64,000 bases of DNA from Thermodesulfobacteriota bacterium (GTDB lineage Bacteria > Desulfobacterota > Binatia > Bin18), in NCBI GenBank assembly GCA_964291405.2, contig OZ219926.1:3808001-3872000 (forward strand), read 5' to 3'. Made by a program: the position numbers and the translations under genes. Shown piece after piece: positions 45,131-55,490 of the stretch (position 1 is its first letter; every line of letters starts with the position of its first letter). Under the pieces are notes generated by a model. The model was not told the DNA's origin and searched no databases. It saw nothing but the letters and a program-made list of their open reading frames with translations.

Positions 45131-46795
45131 CTACCGTGTCGCGCGCCGGCAGAAGCAGGAGGCGGTGATCGGGACGTCGGTGCGGGCCAAGGCGAGGTTC
45201 AGCCGCTGCTTCACGATTGTCGCCTCCTGACTCCACCCGAGCCGCTGGAGGCACTCGTGATATCCGTGCAGGCTCCAGACGTTGTCCGGGTGCTGGCAGG
45301 CGCGGCTCAGCGTATCGTCGTACCCGAGATCCGCTCGATACACCGCGGCCGCCTCATCGACCTGACCCTGTTCGAGCAGCAGGGCGGCCAGTGCATGGCG
45401 CGTTGGTTGCATCCATCCCCAGGGCTCGTCGTAGGGCAGGTTGTCGTCCAGCCCCACGGCCGCCCGGAGGTGTCTGAACGCGGTGTCAAAGCGGCCGCGA
45501 CGGTACTCGATCTCACCCCGCATCATCTCCCCCGCGATCGCGAGAATGTCGAGACACCGGTTGTTGAACACGTAGCGGCTCTCCGGGACGCGGGTGAGCG
45601 CTTCATCGAAGTCGGCGGCCTCGCGCTCTGCCGCGTCGACGTCGCCTGTCACCGCGCGAGCTACCGCCTTGGCGTACCGCATCATCGCGGTCGTCACGCA
45701 AAAGAGATCGCGGTTCTCCGGCAGCTCTTCCGCAACGATAGCGTCCCATTTCCCGAACCGGATGAGTACGTGCTGCTTCATTGAAACAAAGCCTTCCAGC
45801 CAGTCCGCCATGGGCGGCGAGGTGAGGGTGAGCAACTCCTCGGGAAGCGTCGCGATCATCTCCTCGGCCGCCGCAAGTGCGGGCCGGAACTGCCCGAGGA
45901 ACATCGCCCCGTAGATCTTGAAGTGGTAGTTATGGCACCGGTAGAGGGAGTAGAAGTTGCCCGCACCCTCGCGTGCGAGAAACTTGCGGTCCGCTTCGAT
46001 GGCCGCCTGATTCGACTCCACCACCGCTCGGTAGTCGCCACAAAGCACGTCGATGTGGGTCGGCATGTGCTCGAGATGGCCGGCGGCCGGCACGAGACCG
46101 CGCAGCCGGTCGCCGGCCGTGAGCGCCCGCTCTGGGTGCGGCGACATCTCCATCAGGTGGATGTACATGTGAAGGAGACCCGGATGGGCCTCCTCGCCCC
46201 GTTCCTCGCGCCGACGTATCGCCTTCTCGAGGATCTCGATGGCCTCTTCCGTACCCGCCCCTTCCGCTGGCTGGCCGGTCTTCAGGTCCCAGAGCGCCCA
46301 CGGGGTGCGGTTCATGATCGCCTCGGCGAACAGGGCCGCTACGTCCGGGTCGTCCTCGCCGTGCTCCGCGTAGACCGCCCGCATCGCACCCGCGTACTCA
46401 TCGTTCCACGGGCACATGTCTTCCACAGGCGAGCGTGATAGGTAGCGATGTGCGAGGGCGCTGATGAGGGACCGCTCGGTATCCGTCGCGTTCGAGGCGA
46501 GCGCCCGTGCCCGTGCCGTTGCGTCGTAGGCGGTCTCGAGCGAACGGGCCGCGTCCCCCTCGTCGAACGCCTCCCACGGTTTGTTGTAGTTTGGCCCGGC
46601 CGCGTAGGCGACTCCCCACCACGCCATGGCGCACACCGGGTCGGCGTCGAGCGCCCGGCGGTAGCACGCGATTGCCTCGTCGTGGTTGTAGCCGTAGGTC
46701 CAGGCGAGCCCCCGGTCAAACCAGCGCTGCGCTTCCTCGGAGTCGGTCGTGACAGGCCGGCTGTAGGTCCCCAGATCGTAGTAGCCTTCGGGCAT
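45131..46795 (-). CDS. TPR-containing, His-rich protein of unknown function
   Basis: AQRWFDRGL...YNHDEA, TPR-like helices, HPGLLHMYIH, GHLEHMPTHI, YDEPWGW. Start MPEGYY follows GGAGAG. Confidence 0.8.
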   Translation of the reverse strand: MPEGYYDLGTYSRPVTTDSEEAQRWFDRGLAWTYGYNHDEAIACYRRALDADPVCAMAWWGVAYAAGPNYNKPWEAFDEGDAARSLETAYDATARARALASNATDTERSLISALAHRYLSRSPVEDMCPWNDEYAGAMRAVYAEHGEDDPDVAALFAEAIMNRTPWALWDLKTGQPAEGAGTEEAIEILEKAIRRREERGEEAHPGLLHMYIHLMEMSPHPERALTAGDRLRGLVPAAGHLEHMPTHIDVLCGDYRAVVESNQAAIEADRKFLAREGAGNFYSLYRCHNYHFKIYGAMFLGQFRPALAAAEEMIATLPEELLTLTSPPMADWLEGFVSMKQHVLIRFGKWDAIVAEELPENRDLFCVTTAMMRYAKAVARAVTGDVDAAEREAADFDEALTRVPESRYVFNNRCLDILAIAGEMMRGEIEYRRGRFDTAFRHLRAAVGLDDNLPYDEPWGWMQPTRHALAALLLEQGQVDEAAAVYRADLGYDDTLSRACQHPDNVWSLHGYHECLQRLGWSQEATIVKQRLNLALARTDVPITASCFCRRATR

Positions 46796-46978
46796 GGTCT
46801 CTCCTTCGCGAATTTTGCCGTCAGTGTCGCACTTGCCAGCCTGCATATCTCACCACGTGTCCTCGTGCGAGAGAGAATTTCTCCTCTTTCCCGCCTTGTC
46901 TTCCCCCGGTCCTTATTTTAGGCTGCAAGCCGGTCACGCGACACTGGTGAATTCGTCTCCACCGTGGAGGAACTTTGG

Positions 46979-47452
46979 ATGCCTGCCGAGCCGTCGCCTC
47001 GTTTTTTAGCCGATCGCATGGTCGGCACCTTGGCAAAATGGCTGCGCCTGCTTGGCTATGACACCGTCTATATGCCCGAGGTTTCACCCGCGAGCGTGAA
47101 GCGCGAAGCACGCCGCCAGGGCCGTATCCTGCTGACCCGCCGGACCTGTTTTCTGAACCAGAGAGATATGCCGCCGTTTGTGTTTATTCGCGCCGACCGC
47201 TTTCGGGAGCAGATCAAACAGGTCTGTACCGACCTGCGGCTCACGGTCTCGTCTTCTCTGCTCAGGCGGTGCAGCGTGTGCAACCAGGAATTGGAAACAA
47301 TCGACCGCGAGCGGGTTCAAACCCGTGTGCCCGCGTATGTGTGGCAAACGCAATCGACCTTTTCCCACTGCCGGAAGTGCCAGCGCGTCTATTGGAACGC
47401 CACTCACCGTGAACGCATAATCGAAGAGCTGAGACACATGGGGATAGCATAG
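46979..47452 (+). CDS. Mut7-C RNase domain protein (PIN-like + Zn ribbon)
   Basis: FLADRMVGTLAKWLRLLGYDT, RILLTR, CSVCN, CRKCQRVYW. Confidence 0.85.
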   Translation: MPAEPSPRFLADRMVGTLAKWLRLLGYDTVYMPEVSPASVKREARRQGRILLTRRTCFLNQRDMPPFVFIRADRFREQIKQVCTDLRLTVSSSLLRRCSVCNQELETIDRERVQTRVPAYVWQTQSTFSHCRKCQRVYWNATHRERIIEELRHMGIA

Positions 47453-47458
47453 GGAAGC

Positions 47459-47833
47459 ATGGAACCGGCCGGAGCCCAACCCATCTGGCTGTTTTGGGAC
47501 GGAGCATGCGGCTTGTGTCGGCGAGCCGTTGCCTGGGTCAAACACCGCGACGTAACGAACCAGATTCAGGCGGTTCCCTACCAGGACGCGCCTCGCCCCC
47601 CGATGACGGACAGACTGGCCCGGCAGTGCGAATGCTCGGTCTACGTCATCACGCCAGGCGGGCAGATTTTGTCCGCTGGCCGGGCGAGTCTGTACGTACT
47701 GGGGAAGGTGGGGTTCCCGCGCCTGGCCTGGGTGGGTCGTTTGCCACCCTTTGTGTGGGGTATTGAACTGGGCTATTGGATCGTTGCGCGGAATCGGCAG
47801 TTTTTCAGTAAGTGGCTGTTTCCAGAAAAATAA
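47459..47833 (+). CDS. DCC1-like thiol-disulfide oxidoreductase (DUF393)
   Basis: WDGACGLC, YWIVARNR. Confidence 0.85.
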   Translation: MEPAGAQPIWLFWDGACGLCRRAVAWVKHRDVTNQIQAVPYQDAPRPPMTDRLARQCECSVYVITPGGQILSAGRASLYVLGKVGFPRLAWVGRLPPFVWGIELGYWIVARNRQFFSKWLFPEK

Positions 47834-47854
47834 GGTTCTCAGGGCCGCTTCCTG

Positions 47855-48307
47855 CTATACTCGCCCCAATTGGCGCAGGGCCTCATACAACACAATCGCC
47901 GCGGCATTGGACAAGTTCAAGCTGCGTACCTGTTCTCCCGGCATCGGAATGGTGTACAGGGTCTCGGCATATTCCGTGCGGATTGCCTCTGATAACCCCC
48001 GTGTCTCGCTGCCAAAGACGAGCAGATCGTCTGGCTGATAGCGGACCGTGGTGTAAGAACGCTGGGCGCGTGCGGAAAAGGCCAGCAGACGGCCGGGCGG
48101 GCGACGCTCGAGGAAGGCGCTCCACGACTCATACACGTGCAGGTCGACAGCCGGCCAGTAATCGAGGCCGGCGCGCTTGAGATAGCGGTCCTCAAGAGAA
48201 AACCCCAGCGGACCAACGAGGTGCAAAGGGCTTTGCGTGGCCGCACATAGCCGGGCGGTTGTCCCAGTGTTGGGCGGAATCTCCGGCTCGACAAAGACGA
48301 TGTGCAT
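47855..48307 (-). CDS. trmL: tRNA (cytidine/uridine-34 2'-O)-methyltransferase
   Basis: EPEIPPNTG, KRAGLDYW, FGSETRGL, RSLNLSN. Confidence 0.93.
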   Translation of the reverse strand: MHIVFVEPEIPPNTGTTARLCAATQSPLHLVGPLGFSLEDRYLKRAGLDYWPAVDLHVYESWSAFLERRPPGRLLAFSARAQRSYTTVRYQPDDLLVFGSETRGLSEAIRTEYAETLYTIPMPGEQVRSLNLSNAAAIVLYEALRQLGRV

Positions 48308-48321
48308 GGGGAATGACTGGA

Positions 48322-48798
48322 CTAGTCTGGCTCTTCGGCCTGGATCGGGTAGGTGGCCTCACCAATGGGTAAAACGAATCTCTCACCCGTGGTCGCTGGC
48401 TGGACATACTGCGTAAGCTGATAGTAGGCCGGTCGAAGAAAGCGGGCCGCGTGCTTTTGCCCCTTGACTTTGCAGTACAGGACATCGTTGGCACCGATGG
48501 TCAGCGTATGGGGGAACAGCCGCTCTTCGCTCTCGTCGTTTAATCGCAGACTAAAACCCCGCTCCGGGTCTCCGGCGACCTGGGTGACAACATAGGGGGT
48601 GTCTTCAATTTCAACGCTCGCGCGGTCACGCCCCAGCACGATTTCATACTCGCCCCGCTCATTCTTTTGGAGACATTGGCTAAAGAGTTTGTTGATGCGT
48701 TGATTTTGAATACGCTCATCGTTGGCATACCACCAGCCGTCTTTTCCAAAGTGTATCTTACGGGTGGGGTCGATGGCCCAGAAACCGGCTTGTGGCAT
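48322..48798 (-). CDS. DUF1285-like protein
   Basis: DGWWY...I, VEIEDTPYVV, ARFLRPAYYQL. Confidence 0.7.
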   Translation of the reverse strand: MPQAGFWAIDPTRKIHFGKDGWWYANDERIQNQRINKLFSQCLQKNERGEYEIVLGRDRASVEIEDTPYVVTQVAGDPERGFSLRLNDESEERLFPHTLTIGANDVLYCKVKGQKHAARFLRPAYYQLTQYVQPATTGERFVLPIGEATYPIQAEEPD

Positions 48799-48804
48799 CG
48801 CTGT

Positions 48805-49269
48805 TCAGCTCCCCTGACGTGGGCCGCGGTCTGCGGTGTCGAGAATGAGTGTCACCGGACCGTCATTCACGAGTCGGACTGCCATATGCGCCTGGAAGTG
48901 CCCTGTGGCAACCGGGATATGGTGGCGCTGACAGCAGGCGACAAAATAGTCATATAACGGTTTGGCAGTGGTCGGCTCTGCCGCGGCCGTAAACGACGGG
49001 CGGCGACCCTTGCGCGTATCGCCGTACAACGTGAATTGCGACACAACCAGGAGCGACCCGCCCACGTCCTGGACGGAGTAGGCAAATTTTCCGGCCTGGT
49101 CCGAGAAAATCCGTAGCCCGATAATTTTCTCGCTCAGAAAGTCCGCCTCCGCTTCGGTGTCCCCCGTGGTCACGCCGATCAGGACAAGCAGGCCGTGCTG
49201 GATCTGCCCGACGATTTCCCCCTCAACCGAGACCTGCGCCTTACGCACTCGCTGGATGACGGCCCGCAT
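48805..49269 (-). CDS. dtd: D-aminoacyl-tRNA deacylase
   Basis: [26 protein letters not shown]. Confidence 0.95.
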   Translation of the reverse strand: MRAVIQRVRKAQVSVEGEIVGQIQHGLLVLIGVTTGDTEAEADFLSEKIIGLRIFSDQAGKFAYSVQDVGGSLLVVSQFTLYGDTRKGRRPSFTAAAEPTTAKPLYDYFVACCQRHHIPVATGHFQAHMAVRLVNDGPVTLILDTADRGPRQGS

Positions 49270-49391
49270 GTTGCTTTCCTGTGTAATAGATAGTGAGATA
49301 GGTAGCTGAGTCCTCCGGTGCATACAAGATGAGAGCCGTCCCGATGTCCACCGAACTGGCATCATGTAAGGCCCTCGGCTATGATCGCCGC

Positions 49392-50186
49392 ATGTATCCC
49401 GTCCTGCTCGAACTCGGCCCCTTCACGATATACAGCTACGGGGTCATGATGGCTCTCGGCTTTGTGGCCGCGGCCTGGTTGCTGGGTAAAGGGCTCGCCT
49501 ATCAGGGCCGGAACCCGGACCTCGCTTCGACCCTGGTCCTGTGGGCTGCCATCGGGGGGCTGATCGGGGCTCGGCTGCTCTTCATTCTGGCTAATTGGTC
49601 CGCATTTCTGGCCGACCCGTGGGCGTTGCTTTTCACCGGCGCCGGTTTTGTCTGGCACGGTGGCTTAATCGGTGGCATCGCCGGTGTCAGTTTGGGTATC
49701 CGGCACTACAAGCTGCCCTGGCGGGAGACCATGGATGTGATTGCCCCGGCTATCGCCCTGGGCCATGGAACCGGACGCATTGGCTGCCAGTTGGCTGGTG
49801 ACGGGGACTGGGGACCACCAACCGACCTGCCCTGGGGGATGTCCTATCCGGATGCCATTATCGGCTGGGACTATCCGCCGGACGTGTTCGTCCATCCGAC
49901 ACCGCTCTACGAGATGGCAGCGTATTTTGCGATTGCGGCCGTGTTATGGAACCGCCGGACGGCTGGGTATCGCCCCGGTTCCCTGTTTTGGGGGTATTTG
50001 CTCTTGGCCGGGATTGCCCGGTTTTCCCTGGAATTTGTGCGGGTCAACCCCCCGCTCTGGGGAGCATTCTCTCAAGCCCAGGTGATCAGCATCGGCTTGA
50101 TGCTGGTCGGAGCGAGCCTGCTATTCAAAAGCGGGAAGCATGGGCGCGTCTCGGCTGCCCATGGTACGCCGGAGAAATCGCGATGA
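49392..50186 (+). CDS. lgt: Prolipoprotein diacylglyceryl transferase
   Basis: [37 protein letters not shown]. Confidence 0.93.
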   Translation: MYPVLLELGPFTIYSYGVMMALGFVAAAWLLGKGLAYQGRNPDLASTLVLWAAIGGLIGARLLFILANWSAFLADPWALLFTGAGFVWHGGLIGGIAGVSLGIRHYKLPWRETMDVIAPAIALGHGTGRIGCQLAGDGDWGPPTDLPWGMSYPDAIIGWDYPPDVFVHPTPLYEMAAYFAIAAVLWNRRTAGYRPGSLFWGYLLLAGIARFSLEFVRVNPPLWGAFSQAQVISIGLMLVGASLLFKSGKHGRVSAAHGTPEKSR

Positions 50187-50761
50187 GATCCTGGCTTATC
50201 CTCGGAGGTGTAGGCTTGGTTGTCCTCCTGGGTGTGGTCATTTTGATCACCACGCCCAGGAGGACCACACTGCCCCGACCGGCCCCGGATTTCCTGCTAC
50301 CCGATATGAGCGGTCAGGCAGTCCGCCTGTCTCAGCTCAAGGGAAAAGTTGTTCTGCTCAATATCTGGGCGACGTGGTGCGGTCCGTGTCGGCAAGAGAT
50401 GCCGACCATGGAAACCCTCGCGCACAAACTCAGCGGCGAGGACTTTGTACTGCTGGCCGTGAGCCAGGACGTCGATGGAGCCGCAACGGTGAAGCCCTAT
50501 CTGCAAGAAGGGGGATATACTTTTCCGGTGCTGCTCGATGTCCAAGGCGAGGTAGGCAGGAAATATGGTGTCACCGGTTATCCCGAAACATTTATCATTG
50601 ATCGTCAAGGGCAGGTCGTCTATCACCATATTGGCTATAATGACTGGGCTCAGCCGCAGATGGAGGAAACACTCCGGCGTTTGATCCAACAGGGGGAGTG
50701 GCACGTCGATACGGGAATGCCGGTGCCTGGCGCTCATACCTCCCTACTGTCAGAAGGATAA
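50183..50761 (+). CDS. TlpA/ResA-like membrane-anchored thiol-disulfide oxidoreductase
   Basis: N-terminal TM, APDF, WATWCGPCRQEMP, YPETFIID. Confidence 0.9.
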   Translation: MRSWLILGGVGLVVLLGVVILITTPRRTTLPRPAPDFLLPDMSGQAVRLSQLKGKVVLLNIWATWCGPCRQEMPTMETLAHKLSGEDFVLLAVSQDVDGAATVKPYLQEGGYTFPVLLDVQGEVGRKYGVTGYPETFIIDRQGQVVYHHIGYNDWAQPQMEETLRRLIQQGEWHVDTGMPVPGAHTSLLSEG

Positions 50762-50837
50762 CGGCTCCTTATTCCCCGGCAGGGTGAGGAAGACAAGCCC
50801 GCAGAGCAGACCCGCCCATATCGGAGCGCGTGAAGTG

Positions 50838-50846
50838 TGCTATAGT
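50838..50846 (+). promoter_or_regulatory. Putative extended -10 promoter element for the ctpA-xseAB operon
   Basis: TGCTATAGT ~55 bp upstream of the start. Confidence 0.4.
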
Positions 50847-50901
50847 GAACAACCGTAATACCGCACAAAGCCAAGCGCATGGCAGATAGCAGGGGAAGAG
50901 A

Positions 50902-52263
50902 ATGATGCACAGAAAGCGGCGGCGAATCCTGATTGGATTGGTTGCTGGTGGTATTGGGCTCAGCGTGGTTCTGTTTGGAGGATATGGGCTCAATCTTGTT
51001 TCAGCCGTTGACCGCAGCACCTATGAAGACCTTGAGGCGTTTACCAACGTCTTGGCTATTGTTCGCAAGAACTACGTTGAGGAAACAGAGACACAAGCCC
51101 TTATCGAAGGAGCGATTAATGGCATGCTCGGGGCATTGGACCCGCACAGTGCCTATTTGACTCCCGACTCCTATAAGGAACTCCAGGTTGATACGGAGGG
51201 CAGCTTCGGTGGCCTGGGCATTGAGATCACCATTCGAGATGGCATTCTGACGGTCGTTTCACCCATTGAGGATACGCCTGCCTACCGTGCCGGGGTCCAG
51301 GCCGGGGACCAGATCATCAAGATCAACGATGAGCTGACAAAAGACATGTCGCTCATCCAGGCAGTGAAAAAGATGCGGGGCAAGCAGGGAACCGAGATTA
51401 CGATCTCGGTCCGTCGTGAAGGCGTGCCCCGGCTGATTGATGTGCCCCTTGTTCGTGAAGTGATTCAGATTCGCAGTGTGAAATCAAAAACCCTGGAAGA
51501 CGGCTATGCCTATATCCGGGTCACTCAGTTTCAAGACCAAACCAGTCATGACCTGGACGCCGCACTGCAAAAGCTCGGCCAGGAAAATGGTCAACTCCAG
51601 GGCATGGTGCTGGACTTGCGCAATAATCCCGGCGGGCTGCTCAGCCAGGCGGTCAAAGTCTCCGATCTCTTTTTGAGTTCCGGCATGATCGTGTATACCG
51701 AAGGCCGGCTCGAAAGCCAGCAGCAAAAATATTTCGCCCATCCCGGAGGATATACGGACATCCCGATGGTTGTGCTGGTCAATGGCGGCAGTGCCAGTGC
51801 CTCCGAGATTGTCGCTGGTGCGGTACAGGATCATGGCCGAGCAGTGGTGCTGGGAACCAAGACCTTTGGCAAAGGCTCGGTGCAGACGATTTTACCGGTC
51901 GATGGGGGGGCGGCTCTGCGGCTGACCACCGCCATGTATTTCACGCCGAACGGGCGGTCGATCCAGGTGAAGGGCATTGCCCCTGATATTGAACTGGAAA
52001 ACCTGCCCGAAGCCTATGCCGCAGCCCGGCGACGCCACGGGGTGCGTGAAGAGAATCTAAGCGGACACTTTGGCAATATCAGCAACACTCCGAGCGAGAC
52101 AGAGGGCGACAGTCCTGCCGATGCTGAGGCAGCACCCCAGGCCCTGCCCGAGATTGATATTAAGGAAGGGGAACTGGGCAAAGACCCGCAGCTCGACCGG
52201 GCGCTTGAATTGCTCAAGTCGTGGAAGGTCTTTCAGACAACGGTGGCTGAGGCAAAAAGCTAG
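50902..52263 (+). CDS. ctpA: Carboxyl-terminal processing protease (S41 family)
   Basis: LDPHS, FGGLGI (PDZ), DLRNNPGG, SASASEI, TFGKGSVQ. Confidence 0.92.
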   Translation: MMHRKRRRILIGLVAGGIGLSVVLFGGYGLNLVSAVDRSTYEDLEAFTNVLAIVRKNYVEETETQALIEGAINGMLGALDPHSAYLTPDSYKELQVDTEGSFGGLGIEITIRDGILTVVSPIEDTPAYRAGVQAGDQIIKINDELTKDMSLIQAVKKMRGKQGTEITISVRREGVPRLIDVPLVREVIQIRSVKSKTLEDGYAYIRVTQFQDQTSHDLDAALQKLGQENGQLQGMVLDLRNNPGGLLSQAVKVSDLFLSSGMIVYTEGRLESQQQKYFAHPGGYTDIPMVVLVNGGSASASEIVAGAVQDHGRAVVLGTKTFGKGSVQTILPVDGGAALRLTTAMYFTPNGRSIQVKGIAPDIELENLPEAYAAARRRHGVREENLSGHFGNISNTPSETEGDSPADAEAAPQALPEIDIKEGELGKDPQLDRALELLKSWKVFQTTVAEAKS

Positions 52264-52285
52264 TGTAGGTGCTTGAGCGGCTCCT

Positions 52286-53497
52286 ATGACGACTTCTGCC
52301 TTTGGCTCCTCGCGTGCGCTGTCCGTTACCGACCTGGCAAGTCTGATCCAAGGTCAGCTTGAGGCTGACTTTAGTGATATCTGGGTTGTTGGCGAACTCT
52401 CCGGCCTGCGTACCCCTGCCTCCGGGCATATCTATTTTACCCTTAAGGATGACACCAGCCAGTTGCGTGGCGTGATGTTTCGCGGCTATGCCCGGTTGCT
52501 CCGATTTCGGCCCGAGGACGGTCTGGAGGTCCTGATCAAGGGCCGGGTCAGCCTGTATTCCGCTCGGGGCGATTTGCAGGTCTATGCGGCCAGTATGGAG
52601 CCGCGCGGGTTGGGTGGGCAGCAGTTGGCCTTGGAGCAGCTTAAGGCCAAACTCGCCGCCGAGGGACTCTTCGCCCCGGAACGCAAACGTCCCCTGCCGT
52701 TCTTCCCGCGTCGGGTCGGCGTCGTCACCGCACTCGGGGGGGCGGCTATTCAGGATATTCTGACCATTCTGCACGGACGCTGTCCGTATACACAGGTCAT
52801 CGTCCGACCCACCAAGGTACAAGGCGCCGGGGCCGGTGTTGAAATCGCCGCGGGTATCAACGACCTGAATGAACACGGGCAGGTCGAGGTGATTATCGTC
52901 GGGCGCGGTGGGGGCTCGCGTGAGGATTTATACGCCTTTAATGAAGAGGTGGTGGCCCGCGCAATCGCCGACTCTGAGCGGCCTGTTATCGCCGCAGTCG
53001 GCCATGAGATTGACCTGAGCATTGCCGACCTGGTGGCGGATTCCCGCGCCCCCACGCCGACTGCCGCGGCCGAGATGGTTGTGCCGGTATGGGCTGACCT
53101 GTCTGACCGGGTGGCAGGTACTGCGCGGGCGTTGGCCACAGCCATGCAGCGGGCAGTGACCGACAGGCGGCGTCAGGCCATGCGGCTGGAAGAGCGTATG
53201 CGTGACCCTCAGCACCAGGTTGACGCGCTACGCGAGCGAACGCGGACGGCGCTGTCCCGCCTCCACTCGGCGTTTGAGCGCAAGAACGAGGGTGTCCGCG
53301 CCCGGCTCGAAGACCTCGCCACAACCCTCAACAGCCTGAGTCCCCTTGCCGTTTTGGGTCGGGGGTATAGTCTCACGCGGACCATACCTGAGCATGCCGT
53401 GGTGCGGGACGCTGCCACGCTCCGTCCTGGAGAGCACGTGCGCTTGACTTTTGCTCAGGGAGAAGCGCGGGCTCGTATCGAAGAGGTAATACCATAG
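52286..53497 (+). CDS. xseA: Exodeoxyribonuclease VII large subunit
   Basis: SGHIYFTLKD, RGGGSREDL, AVGHEID, PTPTAAAE, LSPLAVLGRGY. Confidence 0.95.
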   Translation: MTTSAFGSSRALSVTDLASLIQGQLEADFSDIWVVGELSGLRTPASGHIYFTLKDDTSQLRGVMFRGYARLLRFRPEDGLEVLIKGRVSLYSARGDLQVYAASMEPRGLGGQQLALEQLKAKLAAEGLFAPERKRPLPFFPRRVGVVTALGGAAIQDILTILHGRCPYTQVIVRPTKVQGAGAGVEIAAGINDLNEHGQVEVIIVGRGGGSREDLYAFNEEVVARAIADSERPVIAAVGHEIDLSIADLVADSRAPTPTAAAEMVVPVWADLSDRVAGTARALATAMQRAVTDRRRQAMRLEERMRDPQHQVDALRERTRTALSRLHSAFERKNEGVRARLEDLATTLNSLSPLAVLGRGYSLTRTIPEHAVVRDAATLRPGEHVRLTFAQGEARARIEEVIP

Positions 53498-53746
53498 ATG
53501 GACATTGCCGCGGATAAAAAATTTGAAAACGCCTTGCAGGATTTGGAAGGCGTTGTTGAGAAACTTGATAGCGGGACCCTGTCGCTCGAAGAATCCCTCC
53601 AGGCGTTTGAAGAAGGGGTGGCGCTGGTCCGTTTTCTGGAAGAAAAACTGACTGAGGTGGAAAAACAGGTCGAAGTCTTAACGCGGGATAATAGCGGTCT
53701 CTTTCAGACCCAAAGCTTAGAAACCGACGAAGAAGAGGATGCGTGA
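53498..53746 (+). CDS. xseB: Exodeoxyribonuclease VII small subunit
   Basis: FENALQDLEGVVEKL, LSLEESLQAFEEG; adjacent to xseA. Confidence 0.93.
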   Translation: MDIAADKKFENALQDLEGVVEKLDSGTLSLEESLQAFEEGVALVRFLEEKLTEVEKQVEVLTRDNSGLFQTQSLETDEEEDA

Positions 53747-54645
53747 AACTCGAACAGTATTTACAACGACGCTGCACGCTGATTGACCGGACGCTTAAGC
53801 AACTGCTGGCCGACCACGAGGCTCCGCCCAAGAACTTGGGTAAGGCCATGCACTACAGCCTGTTTTCCGGGGGGAAACGAATTCGGCCCATCCTGGCCCT
53901 TGCCAGCGGGGAGGCCGTCGGCGCTCGGCCGCAGTCCATCCTGCCCTTTGCCTGCGCGCTGGAAATGATCCACTCGTACTCATTGGTGCACGACGATCTG
54001 CCGGCCATGGACGATGATGATCTGCGCCGCGGGAAGCCCACCAATCATATCGTGTTTGGTGAAGCCATGGCCATTTTGGCCGGTGATGGGCTGCTGACCG
54101 AAGCCTTTCGGATCATGGCTCAGGCCGCGCTCAAACGCGGACAGGATCGCACCGCGGCCCTCCAGGCCATATGGGAGGTGGCGGCCGGAGCTGGTATGGC
54201 CGGCATGGTTGGTGGACAGGTGGCGGACATTGAAGCCGAACACCAAAAGCCGACCCGCAAACGGGTTGAGTATATTCATACCCGCAAGACCGGGGCCTTG
54301 CTGCGGGCATCGGTCCGCGTGGGCGCTCGGGTCGGTGGGGCGAGCCCGAAACAATATACCCGCCTCGACCGGTACGGGACCGCCGTTGGGCTGGCCTTTC
54401 AGGTGACGGACGATATTATGGACATTGAAGGCGGCACGGCAAAAACGGGCAAACGAGTTGGCCGCGACGCGGAACTCAACAAAGCCACTTATCCGGCCGC
54501 CCTGGGGATGAAAAAAACCAAGCGGTACGCGCGGGAACTGCTCGACGAGGCCCTCACCGCCCTCCAATCATTCAGCCCCAAAGCCGACCCGCTGCGTCAG
54601 ATCGCCCGTTTTGTGGTCGAGCGGGCCGTCCCGTCTGAAACGTGA
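53743..54645 (+). CDS. ispA: Farnesyl/geranylgeranyl diphosphate synthase
   Basis: GGKRIRP, HDDLPAMDDDDLRRGKPT, GGQVAD, KTG, FQVTDDIMD. Confidence 0.93.
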   Translation: MKLEQYLQRRCTLIDRTLKQLLADHEAPPKNLGKAMHYSLFSGGKRIRPILALASGEAVGARPQSILPFACALEMIHSYSLVHDDLPAMDDDDLRRGKPTNHIVFGEAMAILAGDGLLTEAFRIMAQAALKRGQDRTAALQAIWEVAAGAGMAGMVGGQVADIEAEHQKPTRKRVEYIHTRKTGALLRASVRVGARVGGASPKQYTRLDRYGTAVGLAFQVTDDIMDIEGGTAKTGKRVGRDAELNKATYPAALGMKKTKRYARELLDEALTALQSFSPKADPLRQIARFVVERAVPSET

Positions 54646-55382
54646 GCCGACGCAAGCGCCTTGATCTGCTGCTGGTTGAACGGGGTCTGGTTTCCAGCCG
54701 AGAACAGGCCCGGCGGCTGATCATGGCCGGCGCCGTGGTTGCCGGCGAGCAGCGGGCGGACAAACCCGGCACCTTGGTTGATCCGGCGACCGCGGTGCGG
54801 CTCAAGGCCGACGCCCAGTCGCCTTATGTCAGCCGAGGTGGCCACAAACTGGCGGGCGGGCTGAAGGCTTTTGGTCTGGACGTGACCGGAGTCACCGCCC
54901 TGGATGTCGGGGCTTCAACCGGCGGGTTTACGGACTGTCTTTTGCAGCGCGGCGCAGCCAAGGTCTTTGCCGTTGATGTCGGCTACGGACAACTGGCCTG
55001 GTCTCTCCGCCAGGACCCACGCGTCGTGAACCTGGAACGCCGGAATATCCGCAGCCTTGCTCCTGACGAATTGACCCCGACTCCGGGCTTGGCGGTGATT
55101 GACGCCTCGTTTATTTCGCTCACCCTGGTTATTCCGCACGTCATCAGTTTGATCGCCGATAAGGGAGAAACTGTCGCCCTGGTCAAGCCTCAGTTCGAGG
55201 TGGGGAAAGGGCGGGTGGGGAAGGGCGGTGTGGTCCGCGACCCGGCCCTCCACGCGGAGGTGCTGGCGGATTTGCAGGCGCGTGCGGACGGTTGGCAGCT
55301 TGAAGTCAAAGGGGAGACGGAATCGCCCCTGCGAGGACCAAAAGGCAATAAAGAATTTCTCCTGTATTTACGGAAGCGCTGA
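54642..55382 (+). CDS. tlyA: TlyA-family rRNA 2'-O-methyltransferase
   Basis: KRLD, YVSRGGHKL, DVGASTGGFTD, LVKPQFE, GPKGNKEF. Confidence 0.93.
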   Translation: MSRRKRLDLLLVERGLVSSREQARRLIMAGAVVAGEQRADKPGTLVDPATAVRLKADAQSPYVSRGGHKLAGGLKAFGLDVTGVTALDVGASTGGFTDCLLQRGAAKVFAVDVGYGQLAWSLRQDPRVVNLERRNIRSLAPDELTPTPGLAVIDASFISLTLVIPHVISLIADKGETVALVKPQFEVGKGRVGKGGVVRDPALHAEVLADLQARADGWQLEVKGETESPLRGPKGNKEFLLYLRKR

Positions 55383-55389
55383 TTCTCCA

Positions 55390-55490
55390 TCCCCTCCTGG
55401 GAGGGGTGCCGAAGGCGGGGTGGGTTCTCTCCTGCCGGACGCGAGGTTACACCCACCCCGGCCCTTCGGGCCACCTCTCCGAGGAGGGGA
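55390..55490. repeat. REPIN-like compound inverted repeat
   Basis: Outer IR TCCCCTCCT/AGGAGGGGA, inner IR GGGGTGGGT/ACCCACCCC, and small GCCGAAGGC / GCCCTTCGGGC hairpins. Confidence 0.75.

Noticed and set aside
46979-47833. Mut7-C and DCC1 genes as a toxin-antitoxin pair
   Set aside because: The partner is a thioredoxin-like DCC protein, not an antitoxin, and there is no upstream DNA-binding gene.
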